Source: an uncultured Candidatus Saccharibacteria bacterium
GTDB taxonomy: Bacteria; Patescibacteriota; UBA1384; JAMDBS01; DAOVQR01
Direction: 5' to 3'
Length of the DNA: 64,000 bases
NCBI GenBank assembly: GCA_964481135.1
Contig: CAYZSW010000002.1
Span: 29,283-93,282, forward strand
Shown here: in pieces, positions 48,365-57,947 of the stretch
How the letters are laid out: each line of letters begins with the position of its first letter
Position numbering within the stretch: the first letter of the stretch is position 1
The notes under the pieces: generated by a model
The model's input: only the letters and a program-made list of their open reading frames with translations
Told to the model about the DNA's origin: nothing
Databases searched by the model: none
Program-made: the position numbers and the translations under genes

Positions 48365-49001
48365 TGTTAAGTAATATCTACATATTAGTAGGTAAATCAA
48401 TATTGGATTACTAATCCTTAATTCTAAAACTATAATAATTACTGTGTTTTTACACAAGCTTAATTAAAAAATTAATATTTATTAGATAACCATATAAATA
48501 TATTATTTACGAACGCGTTTTGAATAAGTTATCCACAGATTCGAACGAAAAATGTATGTTGACAAAAAAACCATATGTTATAAGTTGAAATTGTCTGTAT
48601 GGCAACAACACAAGATTAAACAGTTCTTAGTTCAAAATGAGCTAGGATAACTCAAACAATAATCTTAAGTTATATAGACCAGATAAAAAAATAAAAAATC
48701 CCACTAGATTCATATTGAAGAATCTGTAAGGTAAATTACTTAAAAATGGGATATCGAAAAAACTACTATTTGGATAATAGGAGGGTTTGTTATTGTATCC
48801 AAATAATACAACCAAACCTGTTATATATATTAAGAATTTTAAATAACTAATAAGCTATAAATTAAGTGATAATAAGTTAAACTCTATCTAAAACAAAAAT
48901 AAAATCTTAAACAAAAACATAGTAAAATAAATTATTTCTTAATAATATTTTACTATATTTTTTCAACTCAAATTAAATATTAAATAACTAAAAGGAAAAT
49001 T

Positions 49002-51956
49002 ATGATTTTTCTTAAATCAAAGAAATTCTCTAATTGGGTTATTTCTTTTCTAGTTGGACTACTTGTACTGCAAACCTCAATGATCACTGCCTTTCTAAAT
49101 CCAACAAAAGCAAAGGCGGCCTCAGCAAATATTACTCAAATCAATTTTACGACTCCAGAAAGAACTGTAAATCAAAATACTGCTTCTGAAGTATTAACAA
49201 CTCAAACACAAGACGCAGACGGCAATTTAACCAAAGTATCTTCAACAAAAATATTAATGCTTGAATCCAGTTCTGCCACAGGTGAATTTTCATCAAATGC
49301 AAATACTTGGTCTACTACAACAGAACTTCAAATGAATTCAGAAACTGCTAATAAAAATTTTTACTATAAAGACTCAAATCCAGGCACACATACATTAACT
49401 GTCACAGTAAAAGATAAAACAACCGGTGAATTAGAATCTTGGACACCCGCAACACAAACTATTACAATTATTACTCCAGAACCTTCTCCCTCCCCAACAC
49501 CATCTGAATCACCAGAACCATCGCCTTCACCAACACCGTCTGAATCCCCAGAACCAGATACACAAGGACCAGTGCTTAAAAATGTTGGATTTACTGCAAA
49601 TGGATCAGTAATGCCTGGTTCATTAGAAGGTGGATTTATTTTAAATGCAGACGGCAACCATTCAACAACCTACAACATCCAATTCACTGATACAACGACA
49701 ACTAGCAAACAATTAAAAGACGAACACTTCCCGTTAACACTCGTGAATAAATCTGTTGATACTCAAACACTTCTTGATTATTACGATGCAAATTATTCTG
49801 ACCCATGGAAAACTTATTTAAAAGATGCTGCACAAGGCAATGAACCCTTTGCATATATTTACGAAGGTTCAGTTAAGCTCGCAGACGGCGCTGTTTATTC
49901 ATTAACAGGAACAAATTCGGATATGCGCATACCTGGCGACTATCCAGAAGGATATTATGTAGTTTCCGGTGATATTGCCGACTCCGATGGCAACACCACA
50001 ACAGTTACCTTTAAGCTAATTGTAGATTCGTCAAAGCCAACAGTTGATATAGACCTCGACCAAAATCAATACAATGAAAATAACTTTCCTCAGCCAATAA
50101 CTGGCGATGCACAAGATGTAAGCGGAATAACCAAAGTTCAAGTAAAAATTAAAGATACTACAGCAAGTCCAGCAGTTTTTTGGAACGGATCTGCTTGGGT
50201 TACAGAATCAAACACATGGAATGATGCAACATTAGGAAATTCTTGGTCTTATCAATTTGACCCGGTTAATCTTACTTATGGTAGAAAATACGAAGTAAAA
50301 GCTCGCGCATACGACTCTTTAAATAAAGTTTCTGATGTTAAAACCAAATCATTTAATTTCGTAGATGACATTGCTCCTGTTATTACTCTTCTTGATGACA
50401 ATCCTCAAACTATTGAAGTTGGTAGTGAATATGTAGAATTAGGTGCAACTGCAGAAGATAATTACGATGGCGATATAACAGCAAACATTGATATTGACGC
50501 AAGTAATGTCGATGTTACTACACTTGGCACTTATCAAGTTGTTTACACAGTTACTGACTCAAGTGGTAATACTACAACTGAAACAAGAACTGTAAATGTC
50601 GAAGATAATGAATTACCTACTGGAACTATTACGATTAACAATGGTGCTAAAGTAACTAACAATCAAAAAGTAACTTTAGATTTTACATATAATGATGCAC
50701 ACCAAATGAGATATGGAACTCACGAATTTTCTATTGAAGATACAACAACATGGCAAGATGTAATAAACACCGCTGACTTTGACCTACCCGCAACAGGCGT
50801 TAATACAGTTTATGTTCAATACAAAGATATAGTAGGCAATGTTTCCCCAAATTATTCAGCATCAATTTACTACAATGAACTTGCTGAGAATATTAAGCTT
50901 GAAGATGTTGACAGTTCAACCACTTCTTTGACTTATGAAAATATCGAGATTAGCAATCCAAATGGAATTGCAAAAGAAGCACAAAACACAACTATTACTT
51001 TTGCACAATACACTGGGAATCCGGAAGGCAATTTCAGTGGAATTTCTGCTTTTGGAAAATTCTTTGATATCTCTGTTTTAGACAAAGACGCAATTAATTG
51101 GCCTATTATTATTAGAGTATGGTTTACTCAAGAAGATTTAGACAAAATTAATGCTACTATAGATCAAATCAAAGGATTATATTTTTGGAATGGAACTAGT
51201 TGGGAATTATATCCAAATACCTACAGAGTTGATAAGGTTCATGGTGAATACATCGGCTATGTAGAAGCACTGGTAGATCACTTTACACCAATGAGTTTAG
51301 CGGCCGACATTACAGCACCAGAAAAACCTACTAATTTTAAAGCCGAGTCACTAGATTCAAAAATTAAACTAACTTGGGATAAAGTAAATGACGCAATTTA
51401 TTATCGCGTAAGATACCGACCAGTTACCTCAAACGATACAAGCGAAGAATATTTATATTTAGATGCTCATAGCACAGAAATCGAAATTACAAATCTAGAA
51501 AATGGAAAAATGTATGAATTTGGCGTTCAAGCTGTAGATGATGTTGAAAACACAAGTGACTATGTAGTTGTAAATGCAACTCCAACAAAAGAAGAAGTAA
51601 AAGTTGCAACTGGCGTAATTGCACCAACAAAAAGAGCACGAACATATTTAGGTTGGGGTGTAGCAACTGCTCAAACTTCTGAAACACAGGATACTGATAA
51701 AGAAAAAGAAGATGAGAAAAAAGATGAAACGGAAATCGAAACAATTTCTCCAGACGGAAAAGTTGAAGGCGCAGATGATGAAACAGATACTCAGGAAAGT
51801 TCTCGGGCAGTAGTTACTATTGCAATCTTAATTATCGCGGCAGGAGCAGGCCTTGGCGGATATTACGGCTATCAATGGTGGCTTGAAAAGGAAACTCCAG
51901 AGGCTACCGTAACTACAAAGAAACCAGGCAAAAAAGACAAAGGCGGTCGTTGGTAA
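49002..51956 (+). CDS. large cell-surface protein (984 aa): signal peptide, Pro-rich tandem linker, Ig-like (DUF5011/HYR-type) and FN3 domains, C-terminal TM anchor
   Basis: Signal anchor FSNWVISFLVGLLVLQTSMITA; tandem repeat PEPSPSPTPSESPEPSPSPTPSESPEP (DNA 49481-49560); DIAPVITLLDDNPQTIEVGSEYVELGATAEDNYDGDITANIDIDASNVDVTTLGTYQVVYTVTDSSGNTTTETRTVNV; FN3-like PEKPTNFKAESLDSKIKLTWDKV...YYRVRYRP; C-terminal AVVTIAILIIAAGAGLGGYYGYQWW plus basic tail. Preceded by a 700-bp AT-rich leader. Confidence 0.85.
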   Translation: MIFLKSKKFSNWVISFLVGLLVLQTSMITAFLNPTKAKAASANITQINFTTPERTVNQNTASEVLTTQTQDADGNLTKVSSTKILMLESSSATGEFSSNANTWSTTTELQMNSETANKNFYYKDSNPGTHTLTVTVKDKTTGELESWTPATQTITIITPEPSPSPTPSESPEPSPSPTPSESPEPDTQGPVLKNVGFTANGSVMPGSLEGGFILNADGNHSTTYNIQFTDTTTTSKQLKDEHFPLTLVNKSVDTQTLLDYYDANYSDPWKTYLKDAAQGNEPFAYIYEGSVKLADGAVYSLTGTNSDMRIPGDYPEGYYVVSGDIADSDGNTTTVTFKLIVDSSKPTVDIDLDQNQYNENNFPQPITGDAQDVSGITKVQVKIKDTTASPAVFWNGSAWVTESNTWNDATLGNSWSYQFDPVNLTYGRKYEVKARAYDSLNKVSDVKTKSFNFVDDIAPVITLLDDNPQTIEVGSEYVELGATAEDNYDGDITANIDIDASNVDVTTLGTYQVVYTVTDSSGNTTTETRTVNVEDNELPTGTITINNGAKVTNNQKVTLDFTYNDAHQMRYGTHEFSIEDTTTWQDVINTADFDLPATGVNTVYVQYKDIVGNVSPNYSASIYYNELAENIKLEDVDSSTTSLTYENIEISNPNGIAKEAQNTTITFAQYTGNPEGNFSGISAFGKFFDISVLDKDAINWPIIIRVWFTQEDLDKINATIDQIKGLYFWNGTSWELYPNTYRVDKVHGEYIGYVEALVDHFTPMSLAADITAPEKPTNFKAESLDSKIKLTWDKVNDAIYYRVRYRPVTSNDTSEEYLYLDAHSTEIEITNLENGKMYEFGVQAVDDVENTSDYVVVNATPTKEEVKVATGVIAPTKRARTYLGWGVATAQTSETQDTDKEKEDEKKDETEIETISPDGKVEGADDETDTQESSRAVVTIAILIIAAGAGLGGYYGYQWWLEKETPEATVTTKKPGKKDKGGRW

Positions 51957-52020
51957 AATTAGTTAACGCTAGATATCGATAGATATACTAATTATCAAGA
52001 ACTAGTAAGTACAAACCACA

Positions 52021-52054
52021 AAAAATCTCCCAACTTGGGAGATTTTTTGTTTTT
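52021..52054 (+). terminator. terminator after the surface protein gene
   Basis: AAAAAATCTCCCA-ACTT-GGGAGATTTTTTGTTTTT. Confidence 0.75.
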
Positions 52055-52154
52055 AGCATTCTTTGCGCTAATATGAATTTCCCTGTAACCCTTGTAACAA
52101 AACCGCGGTTCTTCCCCCGACCTTTCTCTGCAAACAGGTATAAACTGGCAAAGA

Positions 52155-52601
52155 GTGATAAGTATTTATTTGAGTTATGTTATAATATATTTGATGAATA
52201 AACTAAAACAAGTGGCAAAAACTATTGGTTCAAAAATAGTTACAATTTTAATTGTAATTCTTATTTTTTTCATTATATACAATATATATAAGTCAATTAA
52301 ACAAAATTATGAGGTTAATCAGAAAATTAATTTTTTAGAAAAAGAAATTGAAGATGTCAAAAAACAAAACTATCATCTACAAAACTTAATTTTGTATTAT
52401 AACACCGATAGCTTCAAGGAACTTGAGCTTCGCAGAAAACTTGCTTTAAAAAAACAAGGCGAAACTATGGTTTTAGTACCTGAAAATAAAGGTCAAAAAA
52501 CCGATGAAGAAAAAACGCAATCCATTGAATCAAACGAAGAAAATAACCAATCCCTAACACCAAATTATGTTTTATGGTGGAGATATATTATTGGTAATTA
52601 A
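52155..52601 (+). CDS. FtsB/DivIC-like septum formation initiator
   Basis: One TM helix, coiled coil, then ELELRRKLALKKQGETMVLVPE (FtsB-type C-terminal motif) and an acidic tail. The track start is a GTG with AAAGAG upstream; an alternative ATG is at 52194. Confidence 0.6.
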   Translation: MISIYLSYVIIYLMNKLKQVAKTIGSKIVTILIVILIFFIIYNIYKSIKQNYEVNQKINFLEKEIEDVKKQNYHLQNLILYYNTDSFKELELRRKLALKKQGETMVLVPENKGQKTDEEKTQSIESNEENNQSLTPNYVLWWRYIIGN

Positions 52602-52613
52602 TTGGGAATAAGC

Positions 52614-52730
52614 TATGTTTAGGGTTAGGATATTAGTTTGGTTTAAAGATTAAGTTATTGGTATTTTAATATTAACCTAACCTAATTATCTATACTGGTT
52701 GCTTTGCTCCTACCCTTGAACCTTCTAAAA
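52614..52730. repeat. ~115-bp dispersed repeat (copy 1)
   Basis: TGTTTAGGGTTAGGATATTAGTTTGGTTTAAAGATTAAGTTATTGGTATTTTAATATTAACCTAACC...TATACTGG...CTACCCTTGAACCT; a homologous copy is at 61855-61975; GGTTAGG...CCTAACC inverted ends. Confidence 0.7.
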
Positions 52731-52892
52731 TCAATTAGCTAAATTAGAATAATGAAGATGTGTTATTTATTTTAAAACCTTGCCAATCACTTCTCTTTTT
52801 GCTATAGTAATTAAGATAGAAAATCATGTTTTATATACTTTCCTAAATTTAATATTTAGGATATATTTGTTAATTGTTAATTGTCATTATAT

Positions 52893-52966
52893 CGCGGGGT
52901 AGAGTAGTAGCAACTCGGAGGTCTCATAAGCCTCAGGCCTGGGTGCAATTCCCAGCCCCGCTACCA
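52893..52966 (+). tRNA. initiator-type tRNA-Met (CAT), CCA encoded
   Basis: Hand fold: C1·U72 mismatch at top of acceptor stem (CGCGGGG/CCCCGCU), U8 A9, D-stem GAGU/ACUC with A11:U24, anticodon stem GAGGU/GCCUC with loop CUCAUAA, 4-nt variable, T-arm CUGGG-UGCAAUU-CCCAG (unusual G55), disc A, CCA. Immediately abuts the next tRNA. Confidence 0.65.
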
Positions 52967-53042
52967 GGCTGAGTAGCTCAGTGGTTAGAGCAACGGCATC
53001 ATAAGCCGGAGGTCGAAGGTTCAAATCCCTCCTCAGCCACCA
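52967..53042 (+). tRNA. elongator-type tRNA-Met (CAT) (could alternatively be a lysidine-type Ile2), CCA encoded
   Basis: Acceptor GGCUGAG/CUCAGCC perfect (G1-C72), D-stem GCUC/GAGC, anticodon loop AUCAUAA, T-arm GAAGG-UUCAAAU-CCCUC (one A·C mismatch), disc A, CCA. Confidence 0.65.
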
Positions 53043-53273
53043 TTCGTTGCGTGTTCGAGCAAAGCTCTCCACGCGCCTCATGACAAGCCACTTCCAATAA
53101 TGCATAAATTTTATTTTTAGTAATAGCAACGAATGTCCTGAAGTAAAATTGAGATCTTTGATCAAAAATTTTACGAAGAGCAATATCAGTTAACTAATAT
53201 TAATATTTTTATTTGTATTTTCGTAACAATTTACTCGCCTTGTCGCCAACACAGGTAAATTAGTAGGACAAAA

Positions 53274-55064
53274 ATGAATAAATCAAATTTAACAACCAAT
53301 ATTATTTATATAATTATTTTAGTTTTTTTAGGTATATCCGTTTATACTTATTTTAATTTTGATTCAAATCAACAAGAAGAAGGTACGATTTCTCAAATCG
53401 CCTACGAGGTTAAACAAAACAACATTTCTAAAATTGAAGTAGATGGCAACAAAGTAGTTGCAAAATATAAAAATAATGATAATGAAATTAAAGCATATAA
53501 AGAAAATTCGGTTGGATTACATGATTATGGCATTATTCCAGAAAAAGTAGAAATCGATGTTAAGGATGATTCTCGTAATGCAATCTGGGGAACTATTCTT
53601 TCAATATTACTTCCTTTTGTTTTAATTGCTGGTCTATTATATTTTATGCTAAAACAAGCTCAAGGTGGCAATATGAAAGCCATGTCTTTTGGAAAAACCT
53701 CTGCTCGACTTTTTACAGGAAAAAAGAAAATAACCTTTAATGATGTTGCTGGTCTTAAAGAATCTAAAGAAGAATTAGAAGAAGTAGTTGATTTTTTAAA
53801 AAATCCAAAAAAATATAAAAAACTAGGAGCTGATATTCCAAAAGGGACCTTGCTTGTCGGGCCTCCTGGGTGCGGTAAAACACTTTTAGCAAAAGCAGTT
53901 GCTGGTGAAGCAGGAGTACCATTTTATTCTCTTTCAGCATCAGAATTTGTAGAAATGTTTGTAGGTGTAGGTGCATCTCGAGTAAGAGATTTATTTAAAA
54001 AAGCAAAAAGAAATGCTCCAGCACTTATTTTTGTTGACGAGCTTGATGCAGTAGGCAGACAAAGAGGAACCGGACTAGGTGGATCACACGACGAAAGGGA
54101 ACAAACTTTAAACCAAATCTTAGTAGAAATGGATGGTTTTGAAACAGAAGAAAATGTTATTGTGATCGCTGCTACCAACAGACCAGATGTACTAGATCCT
54201 GCACTTTTAAGACCAGGAAGATTTGACAGACAAGTTGTTGTTAATCTGCCAGATAAGAAAGAACGAGAAGAAATATTAAACATACACGGCAAAAATAAAC
54301 CTCTCGATAAAGATATTAATTTTGAAAAAATTGCAGCATCAACCGCAGGACTTTCTGGTGCTGATTTAAGAAATATTGTTAATGAAGCTGCAATACTAGC
54401 TGCTAAAAAAGACAGCAACAAAGTAACTCAATTAGATTTACAACATTCTATTGAAAAAGTTCTTCTCGGACCAGAAAAAAAATCCAGAGTATTAAACGAA
54501 AAAGAAAAACAAATCACTGCTTTCCACGAAGCAGGACATGCAATAGTAGGCCATGTTTTGCCAGGTTGTGAAGATGTACATAAAATATCTATTGTATCTC
54601 GTGGAAGAGCACTCGGATATACATGGAGTTTACCAAAAGAAGATATTCATCTTTATTCTAAATCAAAATTCCAAGATCAAATTGCTCAGCTTCTTGCTGG
54701 TCGCGCTGCAGAAAAAATTATTTTTAAGGAAACTACAACAGGCGCTGAAAATGATATGAAAGAAGCATCAAAATTAGCAAGAAATATGGTCACAGTTTAC
54801 GGTATGAGTGACAAAATTGGTCCCCAAACTTTAGGACAAAGAGAAGAATTAGTATTTTTAGGTCGCGAACTCGGAGAACACAAAAACTATTCTGAAAAAG
54901 TTGCTTCTATTATTGATGATGAAATAACAAAAATCATTCGCGATGCAGAAAAAAAAGCAGAAGAAATTTTAGCAAATAAAAAAATAACTTTAGATAAAGT
55001 TGCTCACAAATTATTAAAAGATGAAACTATAGATGAAAAAACATTTAGCAAAATGCTAAATTAA
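53274..55064 (+). CDS. ftsH: ATP-dependent zinc metalloprotease FtsH
   Basis: TM anchor, Walker [12 protein letters not shown] region, HEAGHA zinc motif. Confidence 0.95.
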   Translation: MNKSNLTTNIIYIIILVFLGISVYTYFNFDSNQQEEGTISQIAYEVKQNNISKIEVDGNKVVAKYKNNDNEIKAYKENSVGLHDYGIIPEKVEIDVKDDSRNAIWGTILSILLPFVLIAGLLYFMLKQAQGGNMKAMSFGKTSARLFTGKKKITFNDVAGLKESKEELEEVVDFLKNPKKYKKLGADIPKGTLLVGPPGCGKTLLAKAVAGEAGVPFYSLSASEFVEMFVGVGASRVRDLFKKAKRNAPALIFVDELDAVGRQRGTGLGGSHDEREQTLNQILVEMDGFETEENVIVIAATNRPDVLDPALLRPGRFDRQVVVNLPDKKEREEILNIHGKNKPLDKDINFEKIAASTAGLSGADLRNIVNEAAILAAKKDSNKVTQLDLQHSIEKVLLGPEKKSRVLNEKEKQITAFHEAGHAIVGHVLPGCEDVHKISIVSRGRALGYTWSLPKEDIHLYSKSKFQDQIAQLLAGRAAEKIIFKETTTGAENDMKEASKLARNMVTVYGMSDKIGPQTLGQREELVFLGRELGEHKNYSEKVASIIDDEITKIIRDAEKKAEEILANKKITLDKVAHKLLKDETIDEKTFSKMLN

Positions 55065-55121
55065 TCTTTAGTAATTTTTCTAAGCTCTAAAACTTAGATT
55101 GCTTACCCGCTAAGGCCTAAG

Positions 55122-55172
55122 CTGGGAAACTAGGATTCGAACCAAGATTGACAGATTTAGAGTCCGCTGTCC
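55122..55172 (-). other. tRNA-Gln-derived 3' fragment (anticodon arm with CUA + T-arm + acceptor 3' strand; no matching 5' half)
   Basis: Minus strand: ...GACAGCGGACUCUAAAUCUGUCAAUCUUGGUUCGAAUCCUAGUUUCCCAG; aligns base for base with the 3' 50 nt of the adjacent tRNA-Gln (…ACGGACUCUGAAUCCGUCAAUCUUGGUUCGAAUCCAAGUCCCGGAG) but with anticodon CUA (amber); upstream is an unrelated hairpin (CCUGCC-GAUGA-GGCAGG) instead of a D-arm. Confidence 0.5.
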
Positions 55173-55238
55173 CTGCCTCATCGGCAGGTCGCCGACGAGA
55201 CGACTACTATCTCAAATATGAATTCATTGATCACACAG

Positions 55239-55309
55239 CTCCGGGACTTGGATTCGAACCAAGATTGACGGATTCAGAGTCCGTTGTCCTACCATTAGAC
55301 GATCCCGGA
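55239..55309 (-). tRNA. tRNA-Gln (anticodon CTG); CCA not encoded
   Basis: Minus strand: acceptor UCCGGGA/UCCCGGA (U1-A72), 3-bp D-stem GUC/GAC with loop UAAUGGUAG, anticodon stem ACGGA/UCCGU with loop CUCUGAA, T-arm CUUGG-UUCGAAU-CCAAG, disc G. Confidence 0.8.
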
Positions 55310-55461
55310 GCTGTGTGATCAATTCTATTTATCATTTTCAATATAATTTTTTATTTTTTAAGCTTCGTAAAATGTATACATATAATGCCGTTTAATCATG
55401 TCCTCATCTCCTCGGTGAGTTGCCGAAGAGGCAACTACCATTGGACGGTCTGGCAACAATT

Positions 55462-55491
55462 AAAATCACCCATAATTATAGGTGATTTTTG
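55462..55491. terminator. bidirectional intrinsic terminator between ftsH/tRNA locus and the antiporter gene
   Basis: AAATCACC-CATAATTATA-GGTGATTT with a T-run on both strands. Confidence 0.65.
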
Positions 55492-55524
55492 ATTTATTGT
55501 AAACAAACATGATTAAATTTAATA

Positions 55525-57237
55525 CTAAATTTCCTTTACACTTTTTAATGAATTATAAATCTTTTTCTGATGGCTTAGTAAGTTGTTTAAATGCTTATCT
55601 TTCTCTTCATCAAACTTTCTTTGATCAAAACCATACTTTGCAATAAGTCCAGAGGTATATCTACTGCCAAGAAAATGTGGCGTAATAACATAATCAGCTT
55701 TTTGATCGTAGTATTTAACTGCTTCTTCAGAATTGTGAGCAATCACGATTAAGATTATTTTTTTATTAATTTTCTTAATTTTTGAAATAAGGGCTGTATT
55801 AACTTCGTAATCTGGGATTGTTGAAATGACCATTTTTGTTTGGTTTAAATGAAGATTTTCTAGGACTTCTTGATCCTCTGCATCTGCATATAAACTATTA
55901 AAACCTTCTAGTTCCAAATTTTTAATTACTTCAGGATTATAATCAATTACTAAATACTTAATTTTATTTTTTACTGCTGTGTGTAAAAAATCTATTCCTA
56001 ACCTGTTACAACCAAAAATAACTAAATCGTGTTTATTGTCTTTTTTCGAAATTTCACTCCTAACATGTTTTTTTTCAAAAATTTTAATAATTGGTTCACA
56101 TAATAAATATAGTTTTTCTGAATAAATCATAGCATAAGTTGAAAAAGTAATGGTAATAATTGCAACTAAAGTAACAAGAGGTAAAATCGAACTATCAATA
56201 TGCCCTACTCTTATACCAAGAATAATTAAAATTAATGAAAATTCCGAGATTTGTGCTACAGTTAATCCTGCCAAAAATGCGTTTTTGGCAGTATATTTTA
56301 ACTGTGTCATTAAAATTATTACAATTAATGGATTGCCAATTAGCACAAACAAAGAAAAATAAATTGCTGGCATAATTACTTGAGAGATACCATTTACTGC
56401 CAATTGCGAACCAAGCAAAATAAAAAATAAAATAATAAAGAAATCTCTTAAACTTTTCATCTTACTACTAACTTCAAGCTGATATTTGGAGCTCGCCAAG
56501 GCAACACCACCAATTAATGCACCTATTTCAATAGAAAAACCAATTTTGTAAAATAGTGTTGAAATAGCCAAGCCCCAAGCAATTGTAAATAAGAAAAGAA
56601 GTTCTTGCGACTTAGCAAAATAATCTAGCAATCTGCTTAAAACATAAATACTAAATAACATAATTAGTGCGGTCAAAATTATTCCATAGAAAATTGTAGT
56701 AATAATATTTGCGCCAACATTAATATGACTTTGGGCACTAGAAGAAATAATCATAAGCATTATAACTGCCACAACATCCTGCACAAGCAAAAAACCAATT
56801 GCAATTTTTCCATATAACTTATTAATTGCTTTTTTATCAGATAAAATTTTTAAAATAATAATCGTACTTGAAAAAGTTAAAGCAATACTAATATAAACTG
56901 CACTAATAATATCAAAACCCATATATCTACAAATTAAAAAACCAATTAGTGAAGTAAAAATAATTTGCCCTAGGCCAGTTACAAGCGATACCTTACCAAC
57001 CTCTTTAAATATTTTTGGCGTCAAACTAAGACCTATAATAAATAACAAAAATGTAATACCTACCTGGGAAAGCATTTCTACTGTTTGTTTAACCTCAAAA
57101 TTATTTTTTAAAATTGTACCCACCAATAAACCGGCAATAATATATCCGATTATAAGTGGCTGTTTAATTTTATAAATAATCCCGGCAATTACCGCTGCAA
57201 TTATTATAATAATACTAAAATCTATGTATTGATTCAT
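55525..57237 (-). CDS. monovalent cation:proton antiporter (CPA2/KefB-like) with C-terminal TrkA-N (RCK) domain
   Basis: 12-13 TM helices, then Rossmann DLVIFGCNRLGIDFLHTAVKNKIKYLVIDYNPE. Confidence 0.85.
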   Translation of the reverse strand: MNQYIDFSIIIIIAAVIAGIIYKIKQPLIIGYIIAGLLVGTILKNNFEVKQTVEMLSQVGITFLLFIIGLSLTPKIFKEVGKVSLVTGLGQIIFTSLIGFLICRYMGFDIISAVYISIALTFSSTIIILKILSDKKAINKLYGKIAIGFLLVQDVVAVIMLMIISSSAQSHINVGANIITTIFYGIILTALIMLFSIYVLSRLLDYFAKSQELLFLFTIAWGLAISTLFYKIGFSIEIGALIGGVALASSKYQLEVSSKMKSLRDFFIILFFILLGSQLAVNGISQVIMPAIYFSLFVLIGNPLIVIILMTQLKYTAKNAFLAGLTVAQISEFSLILIILGIRVGHIDSSILPLVTLVAIITITFSTYAMIYSEKLYLLCEPIIKIFEKKHVRSEISKKDNKHDLVIFGCNRLGIDFLHTAVKNKIKYLVIDYNPEVIKNLELEGFNSLYADAEDQEVLENLHLNQTKMVISTIPDYEVNTALISKIKKINKKIILIVIAHNSEEAVKYYDQKADYVITPHFLGSRYTSGLIAKYGFDQRKFDEEKDKHLNNLLSHQKKIYNSLKSVKEI

Positions 57238-57269
57238 ATTTTCCCTCTTAAAGTTAAAAAAGTAAGTAA

Positions 57270-57881
57270 TTATTTTGGTTTAGCATAAATAACCAGCCGT
57301 TTTTCATCAGAACCTATTGGCCAACAAGTAAACAAAGTTAAACGATCTTCCTCTGTCTTCTGAATTATTGATACATCGTCTGAGCCAACAATCTGGCTGG
57401 CATAAACTAAATAGACAAATTCTTCTTTTTCTTTATTATTATAAAACACGATCTCATCATTTTCTTCTAATTCTCCCAGCTTGGCAAATACTTGGTTGTA
57501 ATCACCAGGAGCTCCAATTTCTGCGCTTGAATGACCAAAAATCACCATGTTACCTTTTTCACCTGGTTTAGAAGTTTGCTTTAAATGTGCTACACCTTTT
57601 TCTAAAGCTAGAAAATAATCTCTTTCTTTTTCACCAGAAACATCAAAAACTATTGGCACATCAACATTAATTTTACTAATTTTTAAATTTAAATCACTTA
57701 GAAACCCTACCTCATCCGTCTCACCCAAAACTCTTTCTTGCCTTTTAGATAAATTCAAAATAGGCTCATAAGATAAATAGTTTTTCGAAACTTCCAAAAA
57801 ATTGATTGCTAAAAAAATACCTGATATAATAAATATAATAATAAAAAAATATTTGGCTGGATAATATTTAGTTTTTTTCAT
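57270..57881 (-). CDS. sortase-family transpeptidase
   Basis: N-terminal TM anchor; GNMVIFGHS (catalytic His region), TLFTCWP (TLxTC Cys motif). Confidence 0.75.
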   Translation of the reverse strand: MKKTKYYPAKYFFIIIFIISGIFLAINFLEVSKNYLSYEPILNLSKRQERVLGETDEVGFLSDLNLKISKINVDVPIVFDVSGEKERDYFLALEKGVAHLKQTSKPGEKGNMVIFGHSSAEIGAPGDYNQVFAKLGELEENDEIVFYNNKEKEEFVYLVYASQIVGSDDVSIIQKTEEDRLTLFTCWPIGSDEKRLVIYAKPK

Positions 57882-57947
57882 ATTATTATCTTAACAAAAA
57901 TCAATATTAAACACCATATATAATTTTAACATCAAATCTGGAGGGGT

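Noticed and set aside
52887-53183. Minus-strand ORF 52887..53183
   Set aside because: It overlaps two well-folding tRNA genes (52893-53042) and is an artefact of GC-richer tRNA sequence.
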